A DNA stretch of 64,000 bases from Eledone cirrhosa (lineage: Eukaryota), in the NCBI GenBank assembly GCA_964016885.1, contig OZ024740.1, positions 235,228,001-235,292,000 of the forward strand, given 5' to 3'. The position numbers and the translations under genes were made by a program. Positions within the stretch are counted from its first letter, which is position 1, and every line of letters starts with the position of its first letter. Under the pieces are notes generated by a model that worked only from the letters and a program-made list of their open reading frames with translations, made no database searches and was not told the origin of the DNA. Positions 49,196 through 62,974 of the stretch are shown here, in pieces.

Positions 49196-50334
49196 ATACT
49201 GCCAATTTTTCTGTGACACTAGATTCTTTGCTATTCCCTCCCTTTACCTTTTTTTTTTTTTTATATATTCTTATTTTACATTCCATTCTTCTCAAGCTAA
49301 ATTTTCTTTTTTCTTTTTCTATTAAACTGTATTTATATGATATATTCCATAAATAAATAAAATAAAATATTTACTAAATGGCTTCAAATTCTTGATTATT
49401 TCGAACATTAACTTAAAATACATGAACAAAGAAGTAAAAGGAGTGTATTTCACTAGGGGTATAGCCAGGAAGTGATGATTTAAGTAATTTTAGAGATGGG
49501 TATATGATGGACAGAGCAGTAACAGTAAAAGAAATTTGTATTGCATGGTTTTAAATAAATGCCTTCAGAGAAATTAGATGATAATACAGTTTATATCTGT
49601 AGTACCATGTGGGTTTAGAGATGCTTCAATAATGGAATGCTATATGGATCTGTGATTTAGTGATGTCCAGAAAGTAAAGTATTTGTTGAACTGTAGAAAC
49701 TAGTGTCCAAAAGTATTGGTTGGTTTGTGGAGTTTAACTAAAAACGTAGTGATGCTATTAAAACTGACAAGGGTATTTTGGATAGAGATGAAAGATTAAT
49801 CTCAATCAATTTGTCAATAAAGAAATAAGCTATTATGACAAACTTGTCTCATACAACAGCATCTAAACATACTTTTAGTTTTATAAGCTTCCACATTTGC
49901 TATCTGCTTCACCTTCAATCTCACATGTCATGCCATCAATAAAATTATTCATCCCATTCCCCTTCTCTATGCCCCAAGTCTCACAGCAGCACAAAGCCAA
50001 TAACTGAGCCTCTATGTAGTCATTTAATCTAGAAATAGCAGCTAAATCTTCAAACCAGATTCACATTGGTTAAAGTTGTTTGGAGTATAATATTCCAGAA
50101 GAAAATATGGCATTGCATTTGATTTTACAGAGCTCACTTGTTAACAACTTCAACATAATGTGAACAATCCTGGCTATTCTTTCCAACACCCTTATATGAT
50201 ACACTTCAGAGCTATTTCTTATCCTTGTCAAACTCTATTATGTTTCTCTTTTTAAGTTAATCTATCCTGATGTTTTAAAAATTGCATTGAAGTGTCCCAT
50301 CACCAAAGAATAAGCAAACTTTCCTCTTAATATA

Positions 50335-50460
50335 CCTAAAATCTCTAAATTAATAGAAACAGTTATCAACAATCACTTCCTTTATCACTTTGAATCTCTC
50401 TCCTTCCTCACTAACCATAGGTATGGCATCTATAGAGCTAGATCTACCAGCAATTATTCA
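50335..50460 (+). mobile_element. CR1/Jockey-group RT scrap
   Basis: ISKLIETVINNHFLYHFES..LTNHRYGIYRARST resembles the SK..E..I...L....Q.GFR..RST RT motif. Confidence 0.45.
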
Positions 50461-53039
50461 CATACATCATGTACTAGGGGTCCTTCTCTCTTGAGAATTT
50501 TAGCATTCCGTCTGAGACAGCTATTGGGTATTCCTTACACAATCAAAATCCACAACCCCACCAAACCTATGCTGTACAGGTAAAAATAATACCTACAATT
50601 CATAGAAGTCACCATGGCAAACTAACATCAGAAAAGCAAGAATGTCTTTGTGCATAACACAGCCTGCATGTTCTGCATACCAAATAGCTGCAGAGCCTTT
50701 GGTTTCTAGTCAATCAGCAAAGCCTTATCTGATATGAGAACCTCATGATCTGCAGATTTTCTTAAAGCTGGTGTAACCATAAGTCTAGAAATGTCTCCTA
50801 CACTTTGTCAACCAAATTGGCTTAGCAGATACACTGAAAAAATCTCCACATCTTGCTGCTCATTTTCCCTCCAATTTAATACTGCATGCATTTAACAAAA
50901 CTTCCAAAATTCTCATTCACCAGGTCCCTAGATCACTATGTCAAGTATGAAAACTTTAACAAGGGAGCTTCTATGCAAGTCAATGTACCAGCCAAAGTAC
51001 CTCATCTCAAAACAGGAAGGACTACATTGTTAGGTTGCTCCATAATTTTTTATGTTTGTTTTTCACAAGATGTTAATAGCAAAATAAGAAATATTTTTGT
51101 AATGTAAGTGCACTATACTGAGTTTTTGTTGGAGTACACATCCAAAGCGTTCCAGTTGTTTGATCAATAGAAGAACCTAAATGAAGCCCCACTAATTGTT
51201 CGATTGACTAAACCGATTACTTTTATGTAATATATATGATGAATATGAAATATTCAAAAGAAACAAATCAATAGAAATCAATCAAAGAAAAAGAGAGTAA
51301 CGTTGTAAAAGACTCAAAATGAGAAGGAAAGGGCAAGGATTATTAAGCAACGAAAGAAGGGGAGAGGGTGACAGGCAGCACGTGAGTCAAAGTGGTGCTT
51401 CGGCTGAGCCCCGCTGACAAAATGGCAAGCCATTGCCGCGGACAATGGCCAGCGACACCCGCTGCAACAGCAACCCCACCTCGTGGGGCTCCTTCCTCAG
51501 ATCGGCTGCTAGGCAATTCCACAGATGTGGAAAGCTAATTCTGGGACAGAACCAGAGTGACACACAAGCGCCTCGACCTGTATATATTAAATTTCAACAC
51601 ATTATCCGCTCAAACATTTTCACTGGTGAGGTTTAGGCCAACTCAATGCTACCATAAAAGACCCTTGCCCAAGATGTCATGCAGTGGAATCGAACTCGAG
51701 ACCTCATGACTGCGAAGCAACTTTTTTTTTACCATTAGGCCATGCTTTTTTTTTGCAACAATACAACTTTACTGATTCAGAATGTTTACAATTGACTGCA
51801 GCACGACATTTAATCCATTATCAACCCATCATTTCATCCGCTTGAGCAATGTGTAAATAATACAAGGTTAGTAACTCTTTTGTAAGTGAGACTAAGCAGC
51901 AGTGCAGTAAACCATGTGCTGTTAGCTGTTTTCAGTTTAAAGGTGAGTACGTATTGTTTTTATATTTCTCTCTCCCCCCTCTCTCGAAACTCAATCTCTC
52001 CCGCTCTCAGACGTATACAGAAATATATTTATTTAACAGCTAAGGGATTTTATTTAATATCATCTATTATAATTTAATTTAATCTTACGGAGCAGTTTAT
52101 TATTATTATTTTCGTCTCCCAAATGTTGTTTTATGCGTAATAAAATCTATAAATACGCGAGAAGTTTTAATAGTGCATTGCTTTTCTCTTTTCGAACATA
52201 GGTTTCAAATGTGAAATAGTGTATTATACATGTTTTCCCCCAAGGACATTATAGACCTAAATAACAATTATAATATTGGATATGGTGAGATTATAATAGA
52301 TATTTAAATTTTAAAAAATATATATATTGAATGAAATGCAATACAACGAAGTCGTAACTTTGCCTTTCATCCTTACGTGGTCGAGAAAATAAAGTACCAG
52401 TAATGCACTGAGACATTGCTGGCCTTGTCCAAAAGTAGAAACAATTATTTAGTTATTAAGTCAAGAAAGATGAGGCGTTGAGAAGTGAAATATAATCTGT
52501 TGTCTTGTTTCCTGTATCTGCACAGAAAGGTGACTAGATAATTCTGTATCAATGAGGACAACAAATCCTTGACCGATAAGATAATACTTTCTTCAAAGCT
52601 GTCTCAAATTCCCCGCCAATTCTTAAGTATCTGTACATTTCCATGTCCAGTTGTGTCGTTGAGAGACTACATAGGCCTCCCTTCTTGATCAAATGGACTG
52701 TGAACTTACAACAACAGGATGCTGTCAAAAACATCCGAACTCCAATGTCATGAACACGACACGAGCTTATTTTATGAATTACAGTTTCAATTTCTAGCCG
52801 GAACTATTTCACTTTACTTCGTCATTAACATCTTCAGAAAGCTCGAAATTTATTGATTCGTGCTTGTAGAAAATTCCTCGCCAGCCAATTCTCTGATCTG
52901 GGTTCGATTCTCAGTATACATGAGTATAATCTCAACCTATTTGTCTTCCACTATACATCTCACTTTCAGTAATAATTACTAATATAATTTGTAAAGTGGA
53001 GGATGGTGAGGGAGATGCATTGAAAACACCTATTCACTT

Positions 53040-53320
53040 TGCAGGGCGCCGTTCTTGCAGATGGCCAACTCTATAGCGATTTAAGTGAGTAGGGAGGTGG
53101 TTCGGGTATCCAGGATGCCAGATGTTTCCACGGCTCTGGGTTCGGAGAGAAACCTATCGTAGAGCAACCGGTATTTTGTTTTTGTTGGTGATTTTCAGCA
53201 TAGTGGGCGGCGATGTCTGGTCTTTTGCCGGTTCCTCAAGCTAACCCTTGTGGAAAATCAGCAGCATCAAAACCACGTTTAACGATATCGTTGCGGAAAG
53301 CGACCGTCGCTGAGGAGGCA
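53040..53320 (-). mobile_element. Degenerate CRE-like RLE fragment
   Basis: NDIVKRGFDAADFP..TGKRPD..KYRLLYDRFLSEPRAVETSGILD. Confidence 0.65.
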
Positions 53321-54342
53321 TAGCAGAGGGTGGTGTCCAAAAGTTAATGTAGACTAATATCGACATTCGTGTCTAAGTGTATTGCACATTAGAAGACAGT
53401 CGTTATCCAGTTGGTACCAGACGACTGTGAGTGTATGGAGCTGGGAAATAGAATCAAGAAACATTTGCATAACAGTGATTTCCTTTGTTTATATATTCAC
53501 GAAATAATGCGTATTTATGTGTGTGTTTGTGTAAAGTTGTTCAAGCGGTGTTGATGGAAAATGTCTCCACGGTGACAATGTGGCACTTCTGTTGTTCTCA
53601 CACACATTCAGAGCTGAAATGTAAGCACCATTTCAAAATGTTCATTAAATACTTTTATAATAAACACAATTTATGTATATGTTACGAGTATATACATGTA
53701 CATATAGCGTACTTGGTGTACATATAAATAATGAAGAAAAGAAAAAGAAAAAAAGGACTAGGATTTGAGGCGTGTAGGCTCCCTTGAAATCGTAGGTTCA
53801 TGTCAACTGGTCCACCTGCACTGTCCCGGCTATTCACAACTTTTTATATGAAAAGTGAAATTCACCACTATCACCACACCAAGCATCATCATCATCATCC
53901 GTTCGTTTTCCATACTGGCATGAGTTGGGCAGGTTGTCATGATCAGGAAACCACGTTTTGCTCGCACGTCCCATTTTTGGCATGGTTTCTACACCTATAT
54001 GCGCTTTCTACTGCCACCATTTTTGGCATGGTTTCTACACCTATATGCGCTTTCTACTGCCAACCACTTTACAGAGCAGATCCAGCACTTCTGGTTATGT
54101 GCATTTTATTTTGGCACCGACACTGCCACATCATAGAATGTATCCAACATATATTTATATTTTTATTCATAATATATTTAAACAGCTGTAATAACAATGT
54201 CAAACTCTGGTTTTACTTTCTTTTTTAACTGTTAGTCTATATAACGTATGAATTTTTTCCTTATGCAGCAGACGTGCCTGGAAACTCTGTGTATTGTTGT
54301 ATCTATTAATATATCTATGTTTCCCCCAATTTTTCTCTATCT

Positions 54343-54345
<3 letters not shown>

Positions 54346-54400
<55 letters not shown>
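54346..54400. repeat. (CA)n microsatellite
   Basis: Directly visible simple repeat. Confidence 0.95.
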
Positions 54401-54403
<3 letters not shown>

Positions 54404-54917
54404 GCATACATATGTGTGTGTTTTTGTCCATAAACCATTCCTCAAACCTCTAAACATCTTAAGTAATTTGAGACTCGTGAACTATAAAAGAAAAAGTAAG
54501 TCAATCTAGCTATCTTAACACACACCATATCATTGTCTATATTTTGTCTCAGTGTTTCTTAGCATTGAACTAGCAATCTGTACATGAACTTTAGTAGTGC
54601 AAACTTGGTTCAGCTAAGTGAGATATTTAATCAGAGAGTGCGCAACAACTTAAGAGGTAGTCGATACTATGACTTTGTGAAAATAAAACAAACTGCAAGA
54701 GTGACCCTTAAATATATCACATACAGAAAAAAATTGAATATTTACTAAAAGTTATGGTGCCAGACATCTTTTGAGGAAGTTTATCTGTGGCTGGGTGCCA
54801 TTACTCAGAGCATGTGGTGAGACATTGTGTTGAAGAGGACTCCATGCATTCATGGAAAAAAATGTATGCAAAAACGATGATGATGTAAACATAATGATGT
54901 TGTATTTGTATATTCTA

Positions 54918-57262
54918 CTACGTGGTATTCCATTCAATTTGAAGGGATGTGGCATTTGTGTGTTTGAAGAGCCTTTCCTAGGTTGTGGTGCCTTTGTTAT
55001 AAGGGTTCATAAAAACCTCTCAACTATCTGGGTAACTGTCTAAACATTGTCAACTTATTGGATGATAAAGTTGGTGTGAGTGAACACTATATTTCAAACA
55101 TTGGTTACGCTGCTTGTTATGACAGATACAAGAGGGGCCGTTAATATACTTTGAGTTATCAAAGCAATCGCTTTGTTTACAAGTTTGGCTTCCTCTCGAC
55201 CTAATGCAGATTTCCACTTGAAAACGCTCACTGGAATCTAGAATTGTGTATTAAGGCATGTCACTGGCCCTGTTGTGAATTACTCCATCAGCAATATTTA
55301 GTGGTTCCACAAGTGGGTAAAGTTCAGGTAAATCAAATGTCACTTCTTTAATGAACTAACTGAAAGGCTTACAGTAGAGTCCATTCTTTATCTTAAGTGG
55401 TGAATTGGCAGAGTTATTAGAACATGGGTTAGAATGATTTAGGTATTTGTTCCAACTCTGTGCTTGGGTTAAAAACTTACAGAGATCTACAGTGCCTTTC
55501 ATCTTTTTGAAGTTGAAAAAAATTATCAGTCAAGTACAGGGATTGATTCTTTCTCTTTATCACTTTCTCACTTCTACTTTATCACTATCTCTCTCCATCT
55601 CTGGAAGAAATTGGTTGTATTCAGACCTGGTGAGGGGATGAGCTCCACCAAGTTTAAAATGTTCAAGACATGCTGTATGTCAATAAGGTGCCCCTCTGAC
55701 TCCATAAGGATTTACACGTCCATACATTCTTTATCTCCAGTTGTGTGCTGATATTTTTGTAATGGGGTAATTGTAGATAGATATACTCCTTTTATTCATT
55801 CTTCCAAACTTCTGCAACTCTTCAATAATTCTGTCCCATGAAATCACTGATTTCAGTATTTGAACAAGGGGCACATTTTCTGTACATATGGCCAACCTTT
55901 GAACAAGGGGAGCATTTTCTGTACATGTGGCAACCTTTGAACAAGGGGCACATTTTCTGTACACATGGCCAACCTTTGAACAAGGGGAGCATTTTCTTTA
56001 CATGTGGCAACCTTTGAACAAGGGGCACATTTTTTGTACATATGGCCAACCTTTGAACATGGGGCACATTTTCTATACACATGGCCAACCTTTGAAAAAG
56101 GGGCACATTTTCTGTACATGTAGCAATCTTTGAACAAGGGGCACATTTTCTATACACGTGGCCAACCTTTGAACAAGGGGCACATTTTCTGTACACATGG
56201 CCAACCTTTGAACAAGGGGTACATTTTCTGTTCACATGGTCATCTTTTGAACAACGGGCACATTTTCTGTACACATGGCCAACCTTTGAACAATGAGCAT
56301 CAACCATTTCACCACCAAGTCTTGAAAGATTATTCATATTTCTTTAACCCCCTGCCATCCAAACTTGGATCATAGCCATCAAGGTCCCCACACCATTCAT
56401 GATCTATGTCAAATAGACATCATGCCATGACTGGGCTCTTAAAAGGTCAGTTGGATGTAAAGGTTTACTTGATAGAAGTAAACTTTTATAAAATAGTTCC
56501 CAGTCAAATGCACTATGAATCCCTTCATCTTGCATATTACAGTTTTGCAGTTTCTGGCAATATGAGTCAAAGGAGGAGCTATCCAATTAACATTTGCCTC
56601 AAAATGTGAATCTAGAGATATCAAAACTTCACCCTTCACCTTCTTAGCACCAAGCAACTTGGTTAATTTCTCATTCGCATATTTATCTAAAGGTTCTTTT
56701 TAGTGTTCTTAATTGTTGTCATCAACAAGTATAACTTCACAGATTAGATGTTAAGGAGAATGGTTTAATATGTTGTACACAGTCCGCATTAGATTTTGCC
56801 AATGCTAATTGTGGAATGGTTTAACCATGCTGGCATTAGGTAGAATGTATAAGTAGTTTTTATGGGTACAGTCAGAATACCATATATCTTTCAAGGACCA
56901 TTGTAAAGATATTTTATTGCTAATAAATGCATTAAATCTATTAGTTTCATAAAGGGTGGTCTTCTGTTCTTCTTCATTAGGGCTTAAAATGACAGCAGAC
57001 TCCTGCTCACCAGGTCTTTTCCTAGCTCAGTCTTCTTCATTCATTTTATTATGCTAGTCATATTTTCCATTTTAATCCTTTGGAGCTACTATATTATCTA
57101 CATCTTCGTTGACCTTATTTCAGAGCACTGGAGGTGCCAAGTGAAATGTTTCATTTTGAGCAGTCTCTTCTACAGATGGGAAGATAATGGGTAAAGGGCC
57201 TGATTATGACACAAACACCATCACCAATAAAATATTTCAACAGATTAACTAGAAATCTGCAT
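54918..57262 (-). pseudogene. GALNT10: Processed (intronless) polypeptide GalNAc-transferase pseudogene, GALNT10-like
   Basis: Collinear motifs with stops and frameshifts: PGEQ, RFNAFISNKISL, LPNAS..PFHN, LMRTVYNILNHSP, EVILVDD, LGA..GEVLISLDSHFEANVNW, AFDWELFYK, CSKVGHVYRK, RVAEVW, CKPF..FDLP.LYP.VEP, QLYHP..CLD..EVFMNP. A SINE composite is inserted at ~55396-55720. Subfamily assignment is from recalled motifs. Confidence 0.85.
55859..56292. repeat. Minisatellite: 11 full units (8 x 39 bp, 3 x 38 bp) plus a partial unit
   Basis: Unit TTTGAACAAGGGGCACATTTTCTGTACACATGGCCAACC; minus strand reads CSKVGHVYRKCAP. Confidence 0.95.
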
Positions 57263-58781
57263 TTTTAGCTAAAGTCCTTTCTAATATGAAAAAATATATT
57301 TAAACATAATTTTCACTTAGTAAAATTCTATGAAATCTTATTTGTTAGGAAAATGTCCTGGAATACAATTAGACATTAAATTATTTTAATTTAAAGTTTA
57401 TTTTCTTCACAGAATGCCAAGAATCTACAGGAGAATTGATCTATAGATTTTTGAAAAATAATCCTTAAATTAAAGTCCTTGCTATAGTTTTCATACTGTA
57501 GTAGCTTCAGTAATAATAATAATTATTTCAAATTAGGCACTAAGCCAGAGTTGTTTTGGCTGAAGGGAAAGTCGATAACATCAAGCCTAGTACTTGATTG
57601 CTACTATTTTATTGGTCCCCGAAAGATGAAAGGCAAAGTTGATTGCAGCAGGATTTGAAACTAGATTGTAGAAGACTTTAACAAAATACTGCAATGCATT
57701 TCATCTGATGCACTAATGAATCTGCCAATAATAATGATTTCTACTAGAGGCACAAGGCCAGCAATTTTGGGGGAGGGGAAAGCTGATTAAATTGATCCCA
57801 GTGCATCACTGGTGCTTTATTTTATCGCCCCTGTAAGGATGAAGGCAAAGCTAACCTCAGCGGGATTTGAACTCAGAATATAAAGGGTCATAACTCTATG
57901 CTGTAAAGCATGGTGTCTGATGATTCTACTTATCTTTTGGCTATAGTTACTCACTATACACTATTTTGAACTGGAAATATACATCAGCCAGAGAGACCTT
58001 GCCATGTTTAGTAATTGTCACTATGAATGTTGGCATTAGCATTGGTTGGTTATGTCTTGTTATTTCATTGTCCTTAACTTTGATAAGCTCATTTTCAGTG
58101 GCTTACCTGCACAATATCCAGATATTAAAAAGCGACTAGATGATTACTAAACTTACGTATGTAAGTTTGGTCTAATTAACAACAACACTAATGATTGAAA
58201 ATTACATCTATTCAGCCAAAAGAAATATTTTACTGATTATATAGTAAGTAATAGTTAAAGGGGCGTAACTCTGGACCAGATCATATTTTGTTAGTTACTT
58301 CCCTTCTCATTGTGTCTCAAGCTTGCCTCTGAAATCTTTCCATTATGTATTCCCGCCGAGGTTGACTTTGCCTTTCATCCCTACGGGGTCGATAAAATAA
58401 AGTACCAGTAACGCACTGGGATAATTGCTGGCCTTGTGCCTAAAGTAGAAACAATTATGTATTTTCTTTTCACCATATTCCTGATAAGGAAGTTCACGTA
58501 CAGATATAGGATTTCTGAGGAATATTCTCTATTTGAAATATTAAATTTCACCTAAATAACTGAATCTAGTTAAGCTAGGATAAAAATGGATATTTCGTTG
58601 TAGGGCTTGTCATTAGTAGGGCAATTTTTTAAACGTCAAAAATGGCTTGATTTGAACCTTATTTTCATACTCTTTTAACCTTACTTTTTAAAACTTTGTC
58701 AAATTTCAGTCTCATTTTATCCTTACTATTGTTAATAAATCCATACAAATGAGGGCGTTCACTCTAGTTTTTATTACTTTA

Positions 58782-59127
58782 CTAGTTGACCCCGTACCAT
58801 CAAAAATGACAGTTAATTGTAATATCTATACATAATATAAAAAGGAAATGTTTGTTGGTTGGTTGGTTGGTTCCTTCATGCTCACTCACACAAGTGATAC
58901 AAATATACAAACACACAGCTGTGACGAATCTTAGAACACTAGACTTCTATAGTTTCTCACCCCCTCCTTCGTCAGTCACCACATACATAATAATTATTTT
59001 TTTTATGTCTGTTTATATATATGTATGTGTAGATTCGAGAGTGTTTGTAAATTCTATTGTCTTTGTATCTTTCTAGATAAACACACACAAACACATATAC
59101 ATTTAGACAAATATTATATATAAATAT

Positions 59128-59166
<39 letters not shown>

Positions 59167-59313
59167 ATAACAGCCAATGTGTGTAGCCAATTCGCTATAA
59201 AGATACACACACACAGCTGTAGCGAATGTTAGATGCTGCTTAGACACCCCTTCCTTCCTCAGTCATCTCTAGTGTGTGACGGACAAATACACATTGGCTT
59301 TTTTATTAGTAGA
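58782..59313 (-). mobile_element. Non-autonomous Helitron
   Basis: Minus strand 5' TCTACTAATAAAAAAGCC..TGTCCGTC; 3' GTCATTTTTGATGG hairpin then CTAG; A^T target; internal (CA)n and duplicated segments. Confidence 0.65.
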
Positions 59314-59759
59314 TGATATATCATTAAAACAATTAAAAAAATAGCTATTGTGGATATTTATGATGGTACAGTGACAAAAACAACAACCATGCATCTTGGG
59401 TGAAAGAGGGCATTCGAGCCCCAGCAACCAGCCTGGCAGCCGAAATAGGTATCGGTATCAACTACCACTACCATCGACAAGAGGAAGGATACGACATCGG
59501 CAGTGACAATAACAACAACAACATATATGTGTTTACACCAACATCTTACCAGCAATCACTACCACCACCATTAACAAGAGGAAGCCAACTCCAGCATCAG
59601 TGACAATTTGGGTCATTCCGCTGGGAACAACCGCCTGTTTTCTTTTTGTACATTCATCCATTCATTCATTTATTTATTTGCTAAGTTTCTACTTTTGTGT
59701 GTGTGTCCCTGCATGCAACTCCCTCCCCCCTTCTTTTTTATCTTGTCTTCTGTCGCCTC

Positions 59760-62700
59760 CGTATCTGATGTAGGTGAGGTATGGGGCCTCACTCATACCA
59801 ACACTTTCCCTTCCACCCACGTGCAATTATGCCTAGCACCTAGGCTGGTGACAACCAGCCATTCACCCCTGATGCCGCTTGGTGCCCCAGTCTCCTGCTC
59901 CACGCCCCATCCTCCATCCCCACCAGTCGACATCTGCAGCACTTGCAGCACCACAAAAAAATGGAAGAGGGGCCGTAACTGTTCGGAGTGTGGCTGCTTC
60001 CACCACCTCACCTGTGCTGGCTTGACGCGTCGAGCTTCCAGTGCCCTCGCAGCGTGGAGATGCAGAAACTGTCTCTTCCCCTCGTCTGCCCAGCCACGGC
60101 CGTCTGGCACTCCACCAGATGAGACAGCGAGCTTGCCTGATGTCCAAGCCTCGCTGGTCAACATCGCTCGGCTCAGGTGGCTCCAGAAGATTCCACTCAG
60201 GATCCCGAGAGCGGCCCGGGTGCCGGTAGCCGATGCCCTCGCTTCCTCGATCGAGAGTGCTCTGGACTCCAATCGAGCCAACAACTGGGAGCGCCTCTTC
60301 TATTTCGCCCCACTCGCCCTTGGCCTCCCCAGCTCTAATGCTGACCGACGCGGCCGGTCGACAGCAGCCTTTGTCAAGGCCAATGTTTCGTCCTTTGGGC
60401 AAGCGCCCATTCCAAGCGTGCCGAAGGACGCCGCAACCCTTATCTTGGGTGCCTCCAATCCTCTACCCCCGAGGCCAGCGCCAAGCGTTTGCGTGACCGC
60501 ATAAACACTAAACTTATCAGAGTGGTTGCCTCAGAGGACACTGTTCTCCAACTCACCGAGGAGGTTCTGCCTGCCCTGCGACTCGAGCACCCTGAGCCAC
60601 CCGCTGACCTCCGACCCATACCTCCACCTGCTCCTTGTGGCTTCCGATGCAGACATCATGTCTGCCATCAAGTCCTTCCCAGCTAGCAGCAGTGAAGGTG
60701 CTGATGGTCTCCAACCAGGCCACCTCAAGGAGTTGCTATCCCCCCTCTCCGCTGAGGCCGGGCACCGCCTTCTGAGTGCTATTGTGGCACTTACCAATAG
60801 GATTATCCATGGCGCCCTGGATCCTCACGCCCGAGGCCTTTTTTTCGGCTAGCTTGACCACTCTCAGGAAGAAAGAGGTTGGCATACGCCCCATCGCTGT
60901 GGGTAATGTCTTCCGGAGGTTGGCTGCTAAGGTGGTCTGCAGACCCATAACACCCAAACTGGGTGAGGAGTTTAGTCCAGTGCAACTGGGTGTTGGCGTG
61001 TCCGGTGGTTGTGAGGGGGCCACACATGCAACCAGGCAGTTCTTCAATAGCTGCCCACCATAACCGGCATCCAAGGACTCCAGGCACCTCATTGTCAAGC
61101 TTGACATGAGGAATGCCTTTAACTGCTTATGCCGAGATCATCTGCTCAATGCCTGCTTCAACCGAGCCCCCTCCGCCTACCCGCTGGCCTACTTGTCTTA
61201 TGGAGCCCCGAGCATGCTCCTTGCTGCTGACATGGTCATACATTCGGCCACTGAGGTCCAACAGGGCAACCCTCTGGGCCCCCTTCTGTTTGCCCTTGGT
61301 ATAAACCACATTGCCCAGAGTATCACGGCCCCTCCCAACATTTGGTACCTGGACGATGCTACGCTGGGCGGGCCCGTGGAGACTGTTTGCCATGACCTTC
61401 AATCAGTGGTTCCTGCCCTGGTGGGAATCGGCCTCCAGGTCAACTCGTCTAAGTCGGAGGTGGTGAATGTCAGCTATGATGCTGAGAGCTTTGCAGTCTC
61501 CGTTTTGGACATGCGGTCCATTCTCCACCAGGTACAGGTGACCCCCCAAAGAGGATGTCCTCATCCTCGGGTCACCGATCCACTCGTTGGCCATCCGCTC
61601 CATCATCAAGTCTAGACTCCAACAACTCCAGACCCTCACGAGCCGACAGCCACCCAGCTCTCTTCCTGTTGAGGAACTGCTTCACTATGCCGAAGCTCCT
61701 CTACACCCTTCGCAGCGCTCCGTGCTACAGCCACGCATCTCTTCTCGCTGGCCTCGATACTTCTATCCAAGCGGCAGCTGAGGAGATATGCAACGTCAGG
61801 TTTGACGACATTGGATGGCAACAGGCCACTTTACCTGTCAGGTATGGCGGCCTTGGCCTCCAGTCCCTGTTCTTGCTGACTTTGCCGGCGTTTCTTTCAT
61901 CGGTAACCTCATGCCGCGTCCTCGTCAGCAGGGTTCTCCAAAACACAATAGAACCCTCTGTGTTCAGGGAACGTGAGGTCGTCTATGAGACGTGGGATAG
62001 GCTGGGACTTAGCTTGGTAGACGTCCCTCCTCCTTCTCCCCCTGCTGATGTCAAGTCTCCCCAAAGCGTATGGGATGCCATCCAGTGTAGCCTGGCCTCA
62101 GACACGCTCATGCGCCAGCACTACCTTGCCTGTTTTTGCGCTGCCTCCAAACCCCACAGTGGTGCCTGGCTCCATGCCTCACCATCCTTCTCCACTGGCA
62201 CGCAGCTGGATAATGATAGCCTGCGCATCAGTTTTTTCCTTGAGGCTTGGACTCTGGATCTGCGAGCCACATAAATGTTGTGGCCTCACCGTGGACTCTT
62301 TCAGACTCCACCTGCTTTCCTGTCACAACAGTGCCAGTCGCCTTCCATGCCATGCTGCCCTTAATGAGATCATCAAGCAGGGCTTGGACGCTGCAGGCTT
62401 CCCCTCCCAGCTTGAGCTGTTGGGGCTGGACCAAGGAGCTGCAAAGGCCAGACGGCATGACCATCTTCCCGTTCCGCGGTGGCAAACCCCTCGTCTGGGA
62501 TGCCACTTGCAGCGACACTTTCTCCAGCCGCAACCTCGTGCAGTCTGCGATTAACCCAGGCTCTGCTGCACGTCGGCCTGAGGAGGCCAAACTCCAAGTA
62601 CCGGTTGCTCTCTGACAGGTTCACGGTTGTGCCCTTGGCAGTGGAGACTTCTCGTCTCCTTGGCCCTAGGGCTACCTCCTTATTCACCTCCATAGGTGCT

Positions 62701-62860
62701 GAGCTGGCCGACCGCAGGTGTGAGCCTCACGAGTTGGAATGGCTCTTCCAATGCATCTCCCTTACCATCCTCCGAGGAAACGCCTTCTCCATTCTGTCCG
62801 CCGGGGCTGTGGGGAGGTCAGCACATGGGACCCCTTTTGGTCACCAATACGGATTAATAG
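59760..62860 (+). mobile_element. Near full-length CRE-like RLE retrotransposon (PHD finger + RT + CCHC + RLE), multiply frameshifted
   Basis: Probable ATG at 59872; PHD at 59935-60072; IPLRIPRAAR..WERLF; GADGLQPGHLK; IRPIAVGNVFRR; QQGNPLGP; WYLDD; RPDGMTIFPF..VWDATCSD; WLFQCISLTILRGNA. Homologous to 497-2945. Confidence 0.9.
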
Positions 62861-62974
62861 GCAAAGTTATAAACTATTGTAAATAAATTTAAAAAAAAAA
62901 TGTATAAGATATGCTACAATTCGAATTATTTAAAAAAACAAAAAAAACAAAAGCAGTTGATGTTGCTTGGCATC

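Noticed and set aside
50600-52870. Possible exons or retro-fragments (ORFs 50886-51107 and 52549-52734; donor-like AG|GTGAGT near 51942)
   Set aside because: No recognisable protein family or consistent splice chain.
55859-56292. CRISPR-like array of 38-39-bp repeats
   Set aside because: Units are contiguous with no unique spacers, no cas genes are present, the context is eukaryotic, and the unit derives from GALNT coding sequence.
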